Below are positions 38,929-52,538 of a stretch of DNA of 64,000 nt, piece by piece. The notes under the pieces were generated by a model. The model ran no database searches and had not been told where the DNA came from. It worked only from the letters and a program-made list of their open reading frames with translations. Each line of letters starts with the position of its first letter. The stretch's first letter is position 1. The translations under genes were made by a program, and so were the position numbers. Source of the stretch: Felis catus (taxonomy: Eukaryota); assembly GCF_018350175.1 (NCBI RefSeq), contig NC_058368.1, forward strand, positions 131,132,001 through 131,196,000. The letters run 5' to 3'.

Positions 38929-39532
38929 CAAACTATTATAAATTTTCAGAGCCATTTGGCAGTAACTTTTGCACATATGATACCATTTTAACCCTAAATA
39001 CTTCAATGTGTACTTGCTAAGATCAAGGATGTTTATTTACATAATCACAGTAAAAATATTAATATTAGGAAAGTGGCACTGATATAATGTTATTATTTAA
39101 TCTATAAGCTTTGTTAATATTTTGCCGATTACAACAATAATGTTCTCTGTAGGAAAAAATAAAAAATAAAAAGAAGCCTGGTATAGAGCCCAACCCAGTA
39201 CCACACATTCCATTCAATTACCAGACTGTTGAACCTCCTTTGATCTGCACAATTTATGATTTTGTTTTCCACTACTTTAATTTTTTTTTTTTAACTTTGA
39301 ATAGTACAGGCCAATTATTTGGTAAAAATCTTTCTTGACTTGAGTTTATCCGGTGTTTCCTTGTGATTATATCAAGGTCATGCGTTTGGGGCAGGAATAT
39401 CAGTATCTAAATCCCTGCTCTGTCATTGTTTCTCTTCTCCTACCTTTGCTCAGCCCTTTATTTTCAGCATCTCTGAATAGTCTGGTTCAGCTGTGCCCCT
39501 TTTATAAAGTATATAGTTGGATCGTGCTTTTT

Positions 39533-39753
39533 TTTTTTTAATTTTTTTTTTTAACGTTTATTTATTTTTGGGACAGAGAGAGACAGAGCATGAACGGAGC
39601 AGGGGCAGAGAGAGAGGGAGACACAGAATCGGAAACAGGCTCCAGGCTCTGAGCCATCAGCCCAGAGCCTGACGCGGGGCTCGAACTCACAGACGCGAGA
39701 TCGTGACCTGGCTGAAGTCGGACGCTTAACCGACTGCGCCACCCAGGCGCCCC
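39533..39753 (-). mobile_element. Can-SINE (SINEC_Fc, young subfamily)
   Basis: SINE body with TSD GGATCGTGCTTTTT. Confidence 0.97.
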
Positions 39754-39949
39754 AAGGATCGTGCTTTTTGAGATAAATTATAAATTGTTTTTCTTTTAAC
39801 TAATGAATTAAGCTCATTCATATTTACTTATATTACTGACACTGTTGGTGTCACCTTGTCATTTTACCTTATGTTATAAATACCATGCTTATAGTATTTT
39901 CTGTGTATTTTCTCAGCATTTGCTCACCCTGAGTTTGAAGTGATTAGCT

Positions 39950-40700
39950 CTTGTGTCTTGATATTTGTAAGCTATCTTGGCTGAAGATCCTTAGAGCACA
40001 CATTCTTTTCTTGAGTTTCTTGAATATGCTGCTTCATCATTGCTTTATCCCTGAGTCTCTTGCCCTTTTAAACCATTAGATCCTTTTGTTTTATGACACT
40101 GGAAAATTTCTCAACTTTAAAGTCCAAAAGTTTCACTAGGATATGCCTCAGATTTGATCATCCTGTGGTAATTTTCTTAGGTACCCAGAGAGCCCTTTAA
40201 ATATGTAGATGCAAGTTTCCTTTTATTTCTGGAAAATTGCCTTAGATTATTATTTAAATATTTGTCCTGTTCCATTGTTTTCTTTTTCTCCTTTCAGAAC
40301 TTCAATTATTCGAGTGTTGAATTTTCTTGATCTGTTTCCCATTCTCATCCCTTTCTTTCTGACCCTTTTTCTTTCTTTATCTTGTTTTCATTCTTTTAGT
40401 TATTGTTCTGCTCCTCTTCATTGACACTTAAGTTTTTATTTAATTTTTTCTTCATTGAGCAACTTGTAATTTAGTCTCTCTTTTTTTCCTTTTTTATATT
40501 TCTTCCCTGAATGAAATACTCATTTCTTTTTTCTGTTTTTTTTTTCTTTTCCATTTCTGTTCTTAGAAAAGTGATCAAAGCACTTCTTTATATTGTTATA
40601 TATTTAATTTATTTGAGAATTAACTAATTCAGTAGAGTTATATGGCAGTATTCTTTGGTTTGTGGTTGCCTTTCAGAGATAATTTTTATCAAGTAAAATC
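39950..40700 (-). mobile_element. Ancient L1/HAL1 ORF1-region fragment
   Basis: T-rich sequence resembling antisense ORF1 (TTTTCTTAGGTACCCAGAGAGCCCTTTAAAT...TTCTGGAAAATT). Confidence 0.45.
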
Positions 40701-41989
40701 AAGTTTTTGTTCTAATTCTTTATTTTCTTCTTCATGTAGATGAAGACTGCTTGCATTTTTGCATTTAATAACCAGGGATGATGATTTGGGAGGTAAACAA
40801 TATGCCTAGTTCTGTATCACCCTCCACTGTCAGTGTGACAATGGAAATGGCTTTTTAGTGTTGAAGCAAAGTGGAAAACGGTGTGTCTTAAGATAATTTA
40901 TATTTGTATTTATCTTATAAGGTTCTAACATTTTTCTTCTTGCTTCTTTCACTGTGAAGTTTCCAAAAAGCTCTTTCCCCTTGCTTTTACTGTCATTTCC
41001 CCAGAAGTGTGGCCCCGAGGGTCTCTGTTTTCTCTATTGTCTCTTCTGCAGAGTTTTTCCACACTTTGCTCTCTGGAAATCTTGGAGCAGGAAGTTGAGA
41101 AATAGTTCCATTGCAGACTGGTATTTATTTTCCCACCCACTGGTAAATGGAACGGTGTATTTCACTATAACATGGAGTCATTCCAAAGAGTGGGATTGGT
41201 GTGGTTTTCATTTTTAGTTTTGTTGATTTGCATAGATTTTACAGAATGTGTTGAGATGTCCACCTATTGGTGGCTACCATTCCTTGACCTACCTCCTTGA
41301 ATTCCTGATTCCTTCAAATCCTCACATCAATAATAATAATAAAATAATAATAATAATAATAGAGTTTAACTATACCCGAGTACTTTTCACACATAGTATT
41401 ATGCATTGGGTTTTACAGTCTTTTAACCTGGAATTGTCAACCTTAACTCAGGGATGTAATATCCAATGTTACTAAAATAATAAACAATCTTTATTTGTCC
41501 CCATCGCTAAATGTTCCTCTCTCGGCTCCCAATCATACCTCCTCTGACCCTTCATTACCCAGACCTGAGATGTTTCTAAAACAAAGAAGCTATGTACAAG
41601 GTGCTCACCGAAAGTTTTCTAGGAATATTTGAAGACATCTTTATGGGAATATCCAGGGAAGTTCCCAGTCAGCTTCAGTATTACTCGGCACATTTTACAG
41701 AAAATCCACATAATCTCAAGTTGTAAAATAAGTCATTTCTAGAGACTGAAAACCATTAAACCCAGACTCATATCCTGAAGAAAATACCATGAGACTAAAA
41801 AGGCATTTGGCTGGTCTCCTTGAGTTTATATGCTTCATGCTCCATTCTTAGCACTGTTAATTTCCCTCTTTTAACAGGTAATATCCATACTCCACCCACA
41901 TTCCCTCAATATGCACCATTCCCATGGGCACCAATGGTTTCTTACTACAATCATCCACAATTCTCTTACTGAGTTTTTTTTTTTTTTTT

Positions 41990-42305
41990 CTCTAGCCTTA
42001 GGACCTGGAGTGCAGCCCTTTCCTAGTACAGACCCAAAATGTTTAGTCACAGGAGAAACTCTCAGCCAGTGGTATATGGGAGTTGGGAGTTGGTGAATAA
42101 ATATCCTTGCGTGGAACAACTCTGAGGAATATTCTATAGAGCATCTCAGAGGTCCCCATCAGTGAACCCTACTTGTCTACAGTGATAAGATGTCCTTCCT
42201 TGGCTCACATCCTCATTCCTCAATTGGTACTTTCTGGGATTATCTCTCACAGAAACTTTTCTCACTCAAATCAGGATCTTCTTAGGGGGAACCCAACCTC
42301 TGACA
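41990..42305 (+). mobile_element. Old MLT1-type LTR fragment
   Basis: 3' end TTCTGGGATTATCTCTCACAGAAAC...TTAGGGGGAACCCAACCTCTGACA. Confidence 0.55.
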
Positions 42306-44489
42306 TACTTCCATGAATCTATAAAAATGTATATTTTATATTCCTTTCCTAGGGGCTATTGTCCAACAGTGAAAATCCAAAAGAGTCGTTTTTGCCTTCT
42401 GTGATATCAAGTTCAGTGAAAAGAATGTCAGTCTAGACTGTCTGGATTTCTGGCTATTTAGCTCCAGGGACTTCAATAGTATGGAGGTTTCCAAAATCCT
42501 TGGAAGCAGTGAGGGTAGAACTTATGTGGAACTGATTAAACTGAACTGAAGTAAACATCTCAGGGCAGCTTCAGATGGAAGCACAGTTAGAATCTCGTCC
42601 TTGGTAATATGTGCCCACTGTGAATCTTTTACCCAGGAAACACCAGTCTGAACTCTGACACTAAGTAGTTAGGTAGTTTTGGAAAACTCATTTCTCATCT
42701 CTAAACTTCAGTTTTCTACTCAGTAGAATGAGCTGCTGAAATAGATGCTTTCCAAGCATTTCTTCACCCATAGTGCTTCTTGAGTCCATGGTTCTAAATA
42801 GGTCTCTGAAATCCATCACATGTCACATATAAATTTTTTCCTAATTTTTTTTCTTGGAAGTGCAATTATCAAGAGTGTCCTTTCCAAACACTTATCTTTG
42901 AATTCCGATTTACTTCTTATTCTTCCAGCCACACCTCATTTTTTCACTGGTTCGTTTCTGAATTATAGTGGCTTACACAATACTAAAATGCTCTCCCTAT
43001 CATTAAGCTGAGCTTTTATTCTCTGGTGATACTCTCTTCACCCAGCCACCCCAAAACATTTTGGTACTTTTTGATTTCTGAAAACAAAAAGAGATCAGAG
43101 AAACCCTTCATTTGATCAATCTCAATGCATGGGCTAAATCTTCTCTAGTTACATAACAGGTGTCACATAGAGGAAAGGGTTTGTCAACGATAATTAAAGT
43201 TGTTTTCTGAACTGAGAAGCTGAGCTTTGAAACCAGTTCCTTTTGAGTGGAACATATTGATCCAAGGGAGGATCTGACATAGAATGAAGTGAAAGGAATC
43301 AAACTGAGCTGGTGGAAAGAAAATGAATTAAATTTGTAAATTCAGGAGAGGGCACACACACTAGATCTTGAGAAGGAATAGGGGCAAACAAGAATAGAAA
43401 AACTCAGGGTAGTGGAATGGTTTGCATTCTTTTAACTCACAAGTGAAAAGAGCTAACTAGTTAGTAGAAATCAGACCAAGCAATTTAAGGACTCCTATTA
43501 AAAAGCACCACACTTTCTCCACACACAGTTGCCCTGGAAGTTGAACCCTCACCTTATGGCCACAGATTAAAAAGAGGAAAATTACATAAAATGAAGCAAA
43601 GCATTAATTCCTCATGAGATCTCCTCGATGAAGCTCTGGGGAAGGGTTTGGGGAGGAATTTATAACACAGACAAAGAAGGACGCAATCAAGAAGACTATA
43701 AATGTAAACATGTCCATTTGAGCCTTGTATAGTCAAACAGAGAAAGGGAGCTTTTTTGCTTCATCTACTGATCACATTGGTTTTAGGTAATAAAGAACAT
43801 GTTTAATATCCACACTGTCTGAACTTGGTCTACTCATCTACTTGCTTCTTGCTTCTTGGAAACAAACATCAGAAATCAGGAACCCGAGGTCAGAGAAGCT
43901 GAATGTCATTTTCCATGTGGGGAGGAGGTTTGGGACAATCAAAGCCTGCTGCCTGGGTCAACGTCTGCACTTTTGCCTTCATCCTAGGGGTGGGCCAGGG
44001 AGTCAGTACAGTGATTCAGCAATTACCTTTATAATCTGAAAAGTATAAACTGAGTATAAGATTTCTTTCTCTGGAATTAGACACTAAAAAGTCACGCTAA
44101 GAAAAGGAGCAAGGCTAAAAGCAAAAGGTGAACAGATTTCAGCCAGATTGGAATGGCTTTCCCGGTTCGGCATGGCAGCTCATAATTCTCAGAGCTACTT
44201 GACCACAGAGAACGCTCCAGCAGTCCCAGCTGACCTGAGTCGCACATACAGTCCACTGAAGGCACTTGGCCAATTTGGCTGGTTACAGGCAGAGACATTG
44301 CCAACATCTGCACAAGCAGAAAAGGAAAAATATAACAAGGAAGGGAAATCGGGACCTAGGTTAAAATCAGTTTTCCACTGTACCAGAAAATTTAATTTAC
44401 TTGTGTCCATAAATCTGGGCAAGTGCAGTCTTTGAGCAAGCTGATAGCTAATGAGAGTCATCTTTGTGTAGCAGCTAAAATACAGATTT

Positions 44490-44690
44490 TTAAAAGGTCA
44501 AGCAGACCTAGATTCAATTTTTGGTTCAGTCACCTACTAGCTAGCTGTGTGATCTTAGAGAAGTTATTTGATCTCTCTGAAACTTGACTTCCTTTCCACG
44601 TATGATGAGGATAATAACACTTCCCTTGCTGGGACTGATCAGGGAATGAATTTAAGGCACCTATAGAGCACGGATTCATTAAGTGGTACC
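44490..44690 (+). mobile_element. MIR SINE
   Basis: CAGACCTAGATTCAA...CTAGCTGTGTGATCTTAGAGAAGTTATTTGATCTCTCTGAAAC. Confidence 0.75.
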
Positions 44691-44892
44691 AGTGGTGGTA
44701 GCGGGAATGATATTAATGGATGTGTTAATGTTGGAAATTGTTGTTTTTATTTCTATTATTATGAGGATGTGATTTTCACATTTTCCCCAATGAACATACT
44801 AGCCCTTTCATGGATATAAAGACAGTTGTGATATTGTTGGGTTTTTTTCTCTCTCAGTGTGGAGGGAAGGAGAAGGAAGAAACTTAAAATCT

Positions 44893-45099
44893 GGGGTACC
44901 TGGGTGGCTCAGTCAGTTAAGCATCCAACTTTGACTCAGGTCATGATCTCGGGGTTCGAGCACTGCATGTGCTGACAGCTCAGAGCCTGGAACCTGTTTC
45001 GGATCCTGTGTCTCCCTCTCTCTCTGCCCCTCCCCCACTCACACTGTCTCTCTCTCTCTCTCTCTCAAAAATAAATAAACATTTAAAAAATTTAAAAAA
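44893..45099 (+). mobile_element. Can-SINE (SINEC_Fc, internal deletion)
   Basis: SINE body with TSD AAGAAAC(T/C)TAAAATC. Confidence 0.94.
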
Positions 45100-45572
45100 A
45101 AGAAACCTAAAATCCATTGTTTTCAGGATTCTCAGAGAACAGTTGTCTAGGTACCTTACGTTGAATCTGGATTCTTAACCATCTAAGATTGAAAGTTTCC
45201 CAAGACAAATTCAGTCTTCAGTGCAGGTAGAAAGACTGGGAGATGGTATTTTGGTCTTTCTGCCAGGGTCTTCATGTAAATCCAGACCTGAAACAAAGAA
45301 ACACAATGTAATTTCACATCATGCTCCAAAGAGATCATGCTCCAGATTCTAATTACTGTTGAGTATCTTAAGAAATAAGTTAACATTTCATTTAATGATA
45401 GTGTTAGCTTCCGTAGTAAAGTAAACATAAAATACCATAGCTGGTGCCTTATAAGCAACCTAAAAAGGAAAGAGAAACCAGCCAAAACGTGGGGTGGGGG
45501 CAGGAATAGACAAAATCCTGACCTCAACAGTAGCTGAAAGATAGGGACCAATACACAAAATTCAGGTTCCTT

Positions 45573-45781
45573 GGGGCGCCTGGGTGGCGCAGTCGGTTAA
45601 GCATCCGACTTCAGCCAGGTCTCGATCTCGCGGTCTGTGAGTTCGAGCCCCGCGTCGGGCTCTGGGCTGATGGCTCAGAGCCTGGAGCCTGTTTCTGATT
45701 CTGTGTCTCCCTCTCTCTCTGCCCCTCCCCCGTTCATGCTCTGTCTCTCTCTGTCCCAAAAATAAATAAACGTTGAAAAAA
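45573..45781 (+). mobile_element. Can-SINE (SINEC_Fc, young subfamily)
   Basis: SINE body with a perfect TSD AAAATTCAGGTTCC. Confidence 0.97.
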
Positions 45782-48682
45782 AAAATTCAGGTTCCATTCC
45801 AAGAGACTAGAAAACCAAATGGCTCCATCCATTGTGTGAGGAGCAGGTCATGGAGCCTCCATGGCACTGAGAATAATGGGACATCCTAACAGAGTCAGGC
45901 TGTCCAAAGGAATTTGTGTGAAAGTAAGGTAGGGAAGAACAGAAACTGAGCCCAACCCAATCCCTGGGATACAAGACTGAATGTAATGAAACTGCCAAGC
46001 AGGCTTCATTCTGCAGGAAAGAATACAGTGATGAGCTGAAAAATGAGAGCCAGCAATGTGGTGTTAATCTGTACCGGCATTATTCAGGGACACCAGGGAA
46101 CGGTGCCCAGAGAGTGAACACATGCAGACATGCAGTCTCAGTGCGGGAGCAGAAGAAACATGATACACAGAGGTGCCCTGTTCCTGGTTCCAAAAAACAG
46201 ATGATGTAACTCACAGCTAGCTGAACCCGCCACACAAACAGGGAAGGTGGAGCCGGGCCAGGGCAGAGGCTCACATTAAGCTAAACATGACTCACTTGTG
46301 CATTCAGGTGCATCTCATACTTTCTCATTTTGATAGTTCTCTAATGGCAAGGAGAAGGAAACATTTTCCTCTGTAATGATATTCCAGAATCTAGAACATT
46401 AGACTGAATAGTTTACATTGACTTATGAGTCTCTTTGGATGCTATTTGGCTATTCATGATAGAAAAGTACACTTCCAACCTGCATTGTATAATGAGGCAC
46501 AACTCTCTGTCTTCCAAGTATACTAAAAAAAGAAAATGATCATAGCATAGCTGGCGCAGGCCTTTACCAGTGTTGAGCTACTGCAAAGTTATTTGGGGGT
46601 TTAAACTGGAAAGGAAATTTCTTCTTGCTATCACTCTAACTCCACTGGCATTCCAGAGAGACGTGAGGAAATGGTAAGTTGTAAAACTGAATTTTACCAA
46701 GCATGTTAGAATTTTGTTATCAAAATGAGTGTTTCTTTGTCCAAAGCAGCTACTTTGAAAAGCTCTTGGCTACTTTAGGAAAGCTACCAGGATGGAAGGT
46801 GTCAATCATTTCTTCCTATTCACAGCTCTTCCCTGAGAACCTTCATGTCCACAGTCTGGGGACGTGCAGCCTTTAGAAATGTGAGGTTTCTCTCTGCTTC
46901 CTGGCTCTAGGGACGTGAAAGGCAAAACTCTGGCTAGAGTTAGAAATATGGCAAGATAAAGCCAGTCCATCTCAGAATCTGCTTACTGAGGAACCCAAAC
47001 TATGACATGGGAAATTGAAAGAAGCCTTATTAGATATGGCTAAAATTTAACCATGTTAACCAAAAAATTCCTTGGCAATTTCAAAGTAGGCTTTTAGACA
47101 GATTTGGGCCTTACAGCTCATATGACTTTATTTCATAAATTTCTGCTACATAGAACTGCAATGGCAAAGGATAGTTTTACTATAAGCAAAAAAAGTCTAG
47201 AAAATATTTTTCTTACCTTTAAAAAGCATTTGGCTTTGAATTTATTTGCACTATATTAACATATATTTATTTATTGTCACATTACATAATATTTGTATAA
47301 TGTTGCCATTTAAATTTCTTAACTTTCCCCCCAAATCTCAAGCAAAATCAACGGCACCCCCATTCCCAGGAAAATTGTCCTGTGGGTTTTGCATACATTT
47401 TCACCACTGGGTACTGCCCCAAAAAATTATCTGAGGTTTCTTGGCACTCCTGAAGAGGGAGGGGCAAAGAGAATAGAGAAAATAAAAGGAAGGTAGTGAA
47501 CAATAAACATATCACACTAAGAAATCACAATTTCATCTTGTAAGAGTAGGCCATGCAGTCATCATTTTCCATTATGTTCTAGAGTCAAGGTGGCACAGTC
47601 TAAACTCAGAGCAGAAGGGTGATGGTATGTCCTTGCCTTTGTTTCTTCCCTAGTATCTGGATACCAGATGTGGAAGGATGGGTAAAAAGGGTCAGTATTG
47701 TCAATTGTGGGGAGATCTCACTCTATGCATCACAAAGCTCAAAGCTTGCTGTCAGTATCAACCCAAATCAATCAGTTGTGCTTTTTTCTTCTACTCATTC
47801 TAGGGAGCCTGTCCTGGAAGTGAAAGCAACTGAGATAAAACCTATCATGAAAAAAATAATCCTAGAGGGAGGGCCATGTGAAGACAAAAAAGCAAAAAGC
47901 AGTAATGCTTCTGCTTTGTGTCTAATCTTAACCCTTTATATCAGAGGATACTGTAGAGAAAGTGACAGCTCCTGGAGCTGTTCTGAAAAGTGCATCACTT
48001 TAGAAAAAATTTGTCAATCAACTAATTCTTAATTGATGAAATATTTGAATAACATCTTCATGTTACTTTTCTATTGTCCAGCATTGATCTCATTTGCGAT
48101 GATTTTGAATATTTATTAAACCCTAAACAAATATTGGGCTTCTCAGAGTTTCTTTCATAGTTCTTAAGACAGGCATGAAAAAGATTTCCCTTTACAACCT
48201 ACAGGGATGGGAAGATTGGACACAATAGTCACATTCTTTGAAAGACTAAGTAAGAGAAATAGAGACACTATAGTAATTATTAATAATGAATTTTAAATAT
48301 TATATATTAGCATTTATCTTTTTATAATTAGAACTTTGTTGATAATCTTAGTGAGTTGTGGTTCTTTTCATTGTTCAGACCATCATCTGGGACTGAAAAT
48401 ATAAACTTATCCCTTAGAGATCTTTTTGGCAATTTCATAACCTGTGGCAGGTGCTAAATCATTTGACGCCCAAGGAAAATAAACAACTCTCAAGAGAGGA
48501 TCAGACCCTCTGGTGTCAGAACTCTACTCACCCTCTTCCAACCCTACCCAGTTGGAATGCCTCTTTGAGTTCTCTTGATTTAGAAATCTCCCCAAAGGAA
48601 TCTTGGGCCTTGAATTTCCCATAATAACCTCATCTCTTTAGAAGTATTCCTAATTTTAAGAAAGCTTAGTGTGTGATATTGC

Positions 48683-48912
48683 TTTTTTTTAATGTTTTTT
48701 TTTTAATTTTTGAGAGAAAGACAGAGAGACAGAGTGTGAGCAGGGGAGGGTCAGAGAGAGAGGAAGACACAGGATCTGAAGCAGGATCCAGGCTCTGAGA
48801 CATCAGCACAGAGCCCAACGCAGGCTCGAACCCATGGACTAGACAGCAAGATCATGACCTGAGCTTAAATCAAGAGTCGGACACTTAACTGACTGAGCTA
48901 TTCAGGTGCCCC
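48683..48912 (-). mobile_element. Can-SINE
   Basis: SINE body with TSD AGTGTGTGATATT. Confidence 0.94.
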
Positions 48913-49447
48913 AGTGTGTGATATTTCTTATTATACAGTTATGGAATTTATAAAATAAAATTCTTGTCGGTGGGAAGAATAGGCTTCTACCTCCCTGGCT
49001 TTCAGCAGGAAGGGAAGCAAAGGGGTTATCAGAACTACCCTATGGGTTTTTAAAAGTACTCCTGCTATGACAACCAAAGACAATGAGAGATATTTGATTG
49101 CATCCATATATAAAGAAAAAAAAAGCCTCGAAAGAATATGTTAGGGACAATTAAGAAAATTTGAGTATGGACCGTAGATTAGAAAATACGATTTATCAAG
49201 GTTAAATTCCTGGAGTGTGATAATGGTATTATTGTAATGGAGGATAATATCATTTTCAGGTGACACATGTTTAATTATTTTGGTGGTCAGGTAAACTGTC
49301 AAGACAGCTACATTTTACATTCCAGTGACTTTCCTTGTCATTTCATTGAAATAGAAATACTTCCAAAAGCTCAGGAATATCTGATTCTTTAAAAGAAACT
49401 GCCATCTGATGCCAAGAGCAACCTGGTACTGTCAGAAATTTGTGTGA

Positions 49448-49665
49448 GGGGCGCCTGGGTGGCTCAGTCGGTTGAGCGTCCAACTTCAGCTCAGGTCATG
49501 ATCTCGCGGTCCGTGAGTTCGAGCCCCGTGTCCGGCTCTGTGCTGACCACTCAGAGCCTGGAGCCTGTTTCAGATTCTGTGTCTCCCTCTCTCTCTGACC
49601 CTCCCCCGTTCATGCTCTATCTCTCTCTGTCTCAAAAATAAATTAAAAAACATTAAAAAAAAAAA
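49448..49665 (+). mobile_element. Can-SINE (SINEC_Fc)
   Basis: SINE body with TSD AGAAATTTG(T/C)GTGA. Confidence 0.96.
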
Positions 49666-51503
49666 AGAAATTTGCGTGAAATGGGTAAGATATAATTTAA
49701 AGAAGAAAGTCTTTGCCCTAACCTCTCGATTCATGATAGAGGGAAAAGGATTAGGAGAGGCCAGTCTAGGGAAAATGGCAATGGAATCTAGTTATGGGAT
49801 GCCTACAATTTATCCTTGAGCTGTGGTTCTGAAGAATCTAAATGACTCTTAGAAAGATTGAGGGAGAAGAAGAGGCAAAATAAGTGATCCTTAAACGCAT
49901 GTTGGAAGGCAAAGAGAGAGTTCAAAGGGGTCTCTGAGATCCATTAGACAATGACTAAGCTCACTTAACAGGCATAGAGAAAAATTACACCTTTTTTTTT
50001 CCCAACAGCAGAAATGTGGAGGTCTCCCCAAAGGGCCTAGTTCTCTTTTTGTTGCAGTGAACTAGCTCCAAATACTTGCAATTCTTTGACTCATTTTATT
50101 AAAGAGTATATACCTACCAAGCTTTGTCAACACTCAGCAGCATGATAGCAAATCACCTTCATATGCATAATTGTGTGCCATGTTCCATCCTAGGTTTCGT
50201 TTTTCTGCCTGTTCCTTTTATTCATTTTGAGTAATACCAGCCACCATTTATTGTAAACCTGCCATGTCAGTCATGGTGTTTGGTATTTTTTATAACTATC
50301 TTACCAACAACTCTAGTGCTATTCTATGATGTGGGGATTGCTATTTCACATTTTATAGCTGAGGAAACAGAAGATTTGAAAGATGAAGTCTCTCTACGGA
50401 AGTCCACCTATGTGGGGAAAAGTCTACCTGTGTGGGGGAAAATGTGGGGCTAGGACTGCTGTCTGCACTCTTCCCCACTAACCTTGCTTCTTCCTGTGTG
50501 AATGCTTAGACTCCCGTGTGTCCAAGCCCGTCAGCAAACACACACATACCTTGCATGGCATCGCTTCCTTGCCCTGTGTCATGGCTGCCCACAGTCTGCA
50601 TCTGACAGCACCTTGGAGTTGCTCCCCGCTACTCAGAGATAAGTATTCAGGAAATAAAATGACTCACTCTCATATAGGTAGTTGAGATCCTGTCTTTGGA
50701 GGATACAGCAGGTTAGGAAAATCAATGCCTTAGTACAGGCGGCCCTTCTCCACATCTGCCTGCCCATAGCCGGCTCTATTAATCTTCTCTACATAATCAT
50801 ATCTGATATGCTTTTCTGCTCTTTCAATTAAGGAGACTCAATCGATGATAATTATAATTCTCTAATTAGTTTCTTAATGATATTTTCATAGAGGAGTACA
50901 AACCCTGGGCACACTTTTCAATAGTTAGAAATATTTTCCCAGATAAACTCGTATGCCTTACTTGCCCTTATATATTCCTGCAGGATATTTTGAGTACTAA
51001 TTGAGTCATCAGTTCAAGTTTATCCACATTTTCCACTCTCTTTAAATTTCTTCAATTTCTTACCTCCCTTTAGCCTGTATTTCTTTGCCAACTTCTCACA
51101 CCTGATTAGGTTCAGTCACTTGTCTCTGAATATTTAACACCACTTTCTGTCAGTTGCAGTGCTTAGTTTGCTTTTTTTAGTATTATTGACCCATCCATGC
51201 ATGGCCACTATATTGAGCAATATTTAGTCAAATTCTTAGAGTTAATTGTATTAGACATGCTTGGGGAACATGCTCAATCCCTGCCTTTTTCTTTGGCACT
51301 TACTCATGACCTCTTCTGAGACGATGAACTTGGGTGGCTGTGTTTTACTACAAGACCCACTCCTTGGCTGTCTCTGATTAGATTTGGGGTGGACACTTCA
51401 TCTGATGGGGTGAAAGGCCAACCTATAACAGACCAAAGTTACAAAGGGTAAATTAACAGGTCTGGAGAGGAAGCCAGTCCAGGAAAAAAATAAGAACGTT
51501 GCA

Positions 51504-51730
51504 AGGGCACCTGGGTGGCTCAGGTGGTTGGGCATCCGACTTCGGCTCAGGTCATGATCTCACACACAGTTCATGAGTTCAAGCCCCGCGTTGGGCTCTG
51601 TGCTGACAGCTCAGAGCCTGGAGCCTGTGTCAGATTCTGTGTCTCCCTCTCTCTCTGCCCCTCCCCCACTCACACTCTGTCTCACTCTCAAAGACAAATA
51701 AACATTAAAAAATTAAAAAACAACAACAAC
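51504..51730 (+). mobile_element. Can-SINE (SINEC_Fc)
   Basis: SINE body with a (CAA)n tail and TSD AAGAA(C/T)GTTGCA. Confidence 0.95.
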
Positions 51731-51997
51731 AAGAATGTTGCAGACACAAAAAGAGATGTGGAAAGATAGACAATGTAGCCACAATAAGGAAAAGGTGGTA
51801 CCTAATCACTTCCCTGGTTCCCTGAAGCTTGGCTCTGCTTCTAGTATATGGATACTTTGTGAGTTTCTTTTTGTCCTTACTGTAGCCATTTCTCATTCTT
51901 TATTTAGAGATAATCAGAATTACTATCATCTGTACTAGGGATATCGTATAAAAGGCCTGCGTAGCAAGGATAGAACCAAAGTTGTTTCAAAAGTCTC

Positions 51998-52218
51998 AGG
52001 GCCCCTGGGTGGCGCAGTCGGTTAAGCCTCCGACTTCAGCCAAGTCACGATCTCGCGGTCCGTAGTTCGAGCCCCGCGTCAGGCTCTGGGCTGATGGCTC
52101 AGAGCCTGGAGCCTGTTTCCGATTCTGTGTCTCCCTCTCTCTCTGCCCCTCCCCCGTTCATGCTCTGTTTCTCTCTGTCCCAAAAATAAATAAAAAACGT
52201 TGAAAAAAAATTTTTAAA
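51998..52218 (+). mobile_element. Can-SINE (SINEC_Fc, young subfamily)
   Basis: SINE body with GGCGCAGTCGG and GGGCTGATGG; the TSD is weak (AAAAGTCT/AAAAATCT). Confidence 0.95.
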
Positions 52219-52323
52219 AATCTAGATATAATCACAGCCAGGAGATAAATCACTAAATGGAAAGAAGTGTTTTAAATTTAAGAAGAGAAAGTGAAGCAGA
52301 GACTGGAGTTCAAGGAATTAGCA

Positions 52324-52538
52324 TTTTTTTTTTTTAATTTGGAGAGAGAAAGAGAGGGAGAGAGAGAGCATGCATGAGCCAGGGAGAGTGGCAGAGAGAT
52401 AGAGATAATCTTAAGTGGGCTCCATGCTCAGTGCTCAGCATGGAGCCTGATGCGGGGCTCAATCCCAAAACCCTGGAATCATGACCTGAGCTGAAATCAA
52501 GAGTCAGACACTGAACCACCTGAGCCACCCAGACACCC
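52324..52538 (-). mobile_element. Can-SINE (older subfamily)
   Basis: SINE body with degenerate TSD TGGA(G/T)TTCAAGGA. Confidence 0.92.
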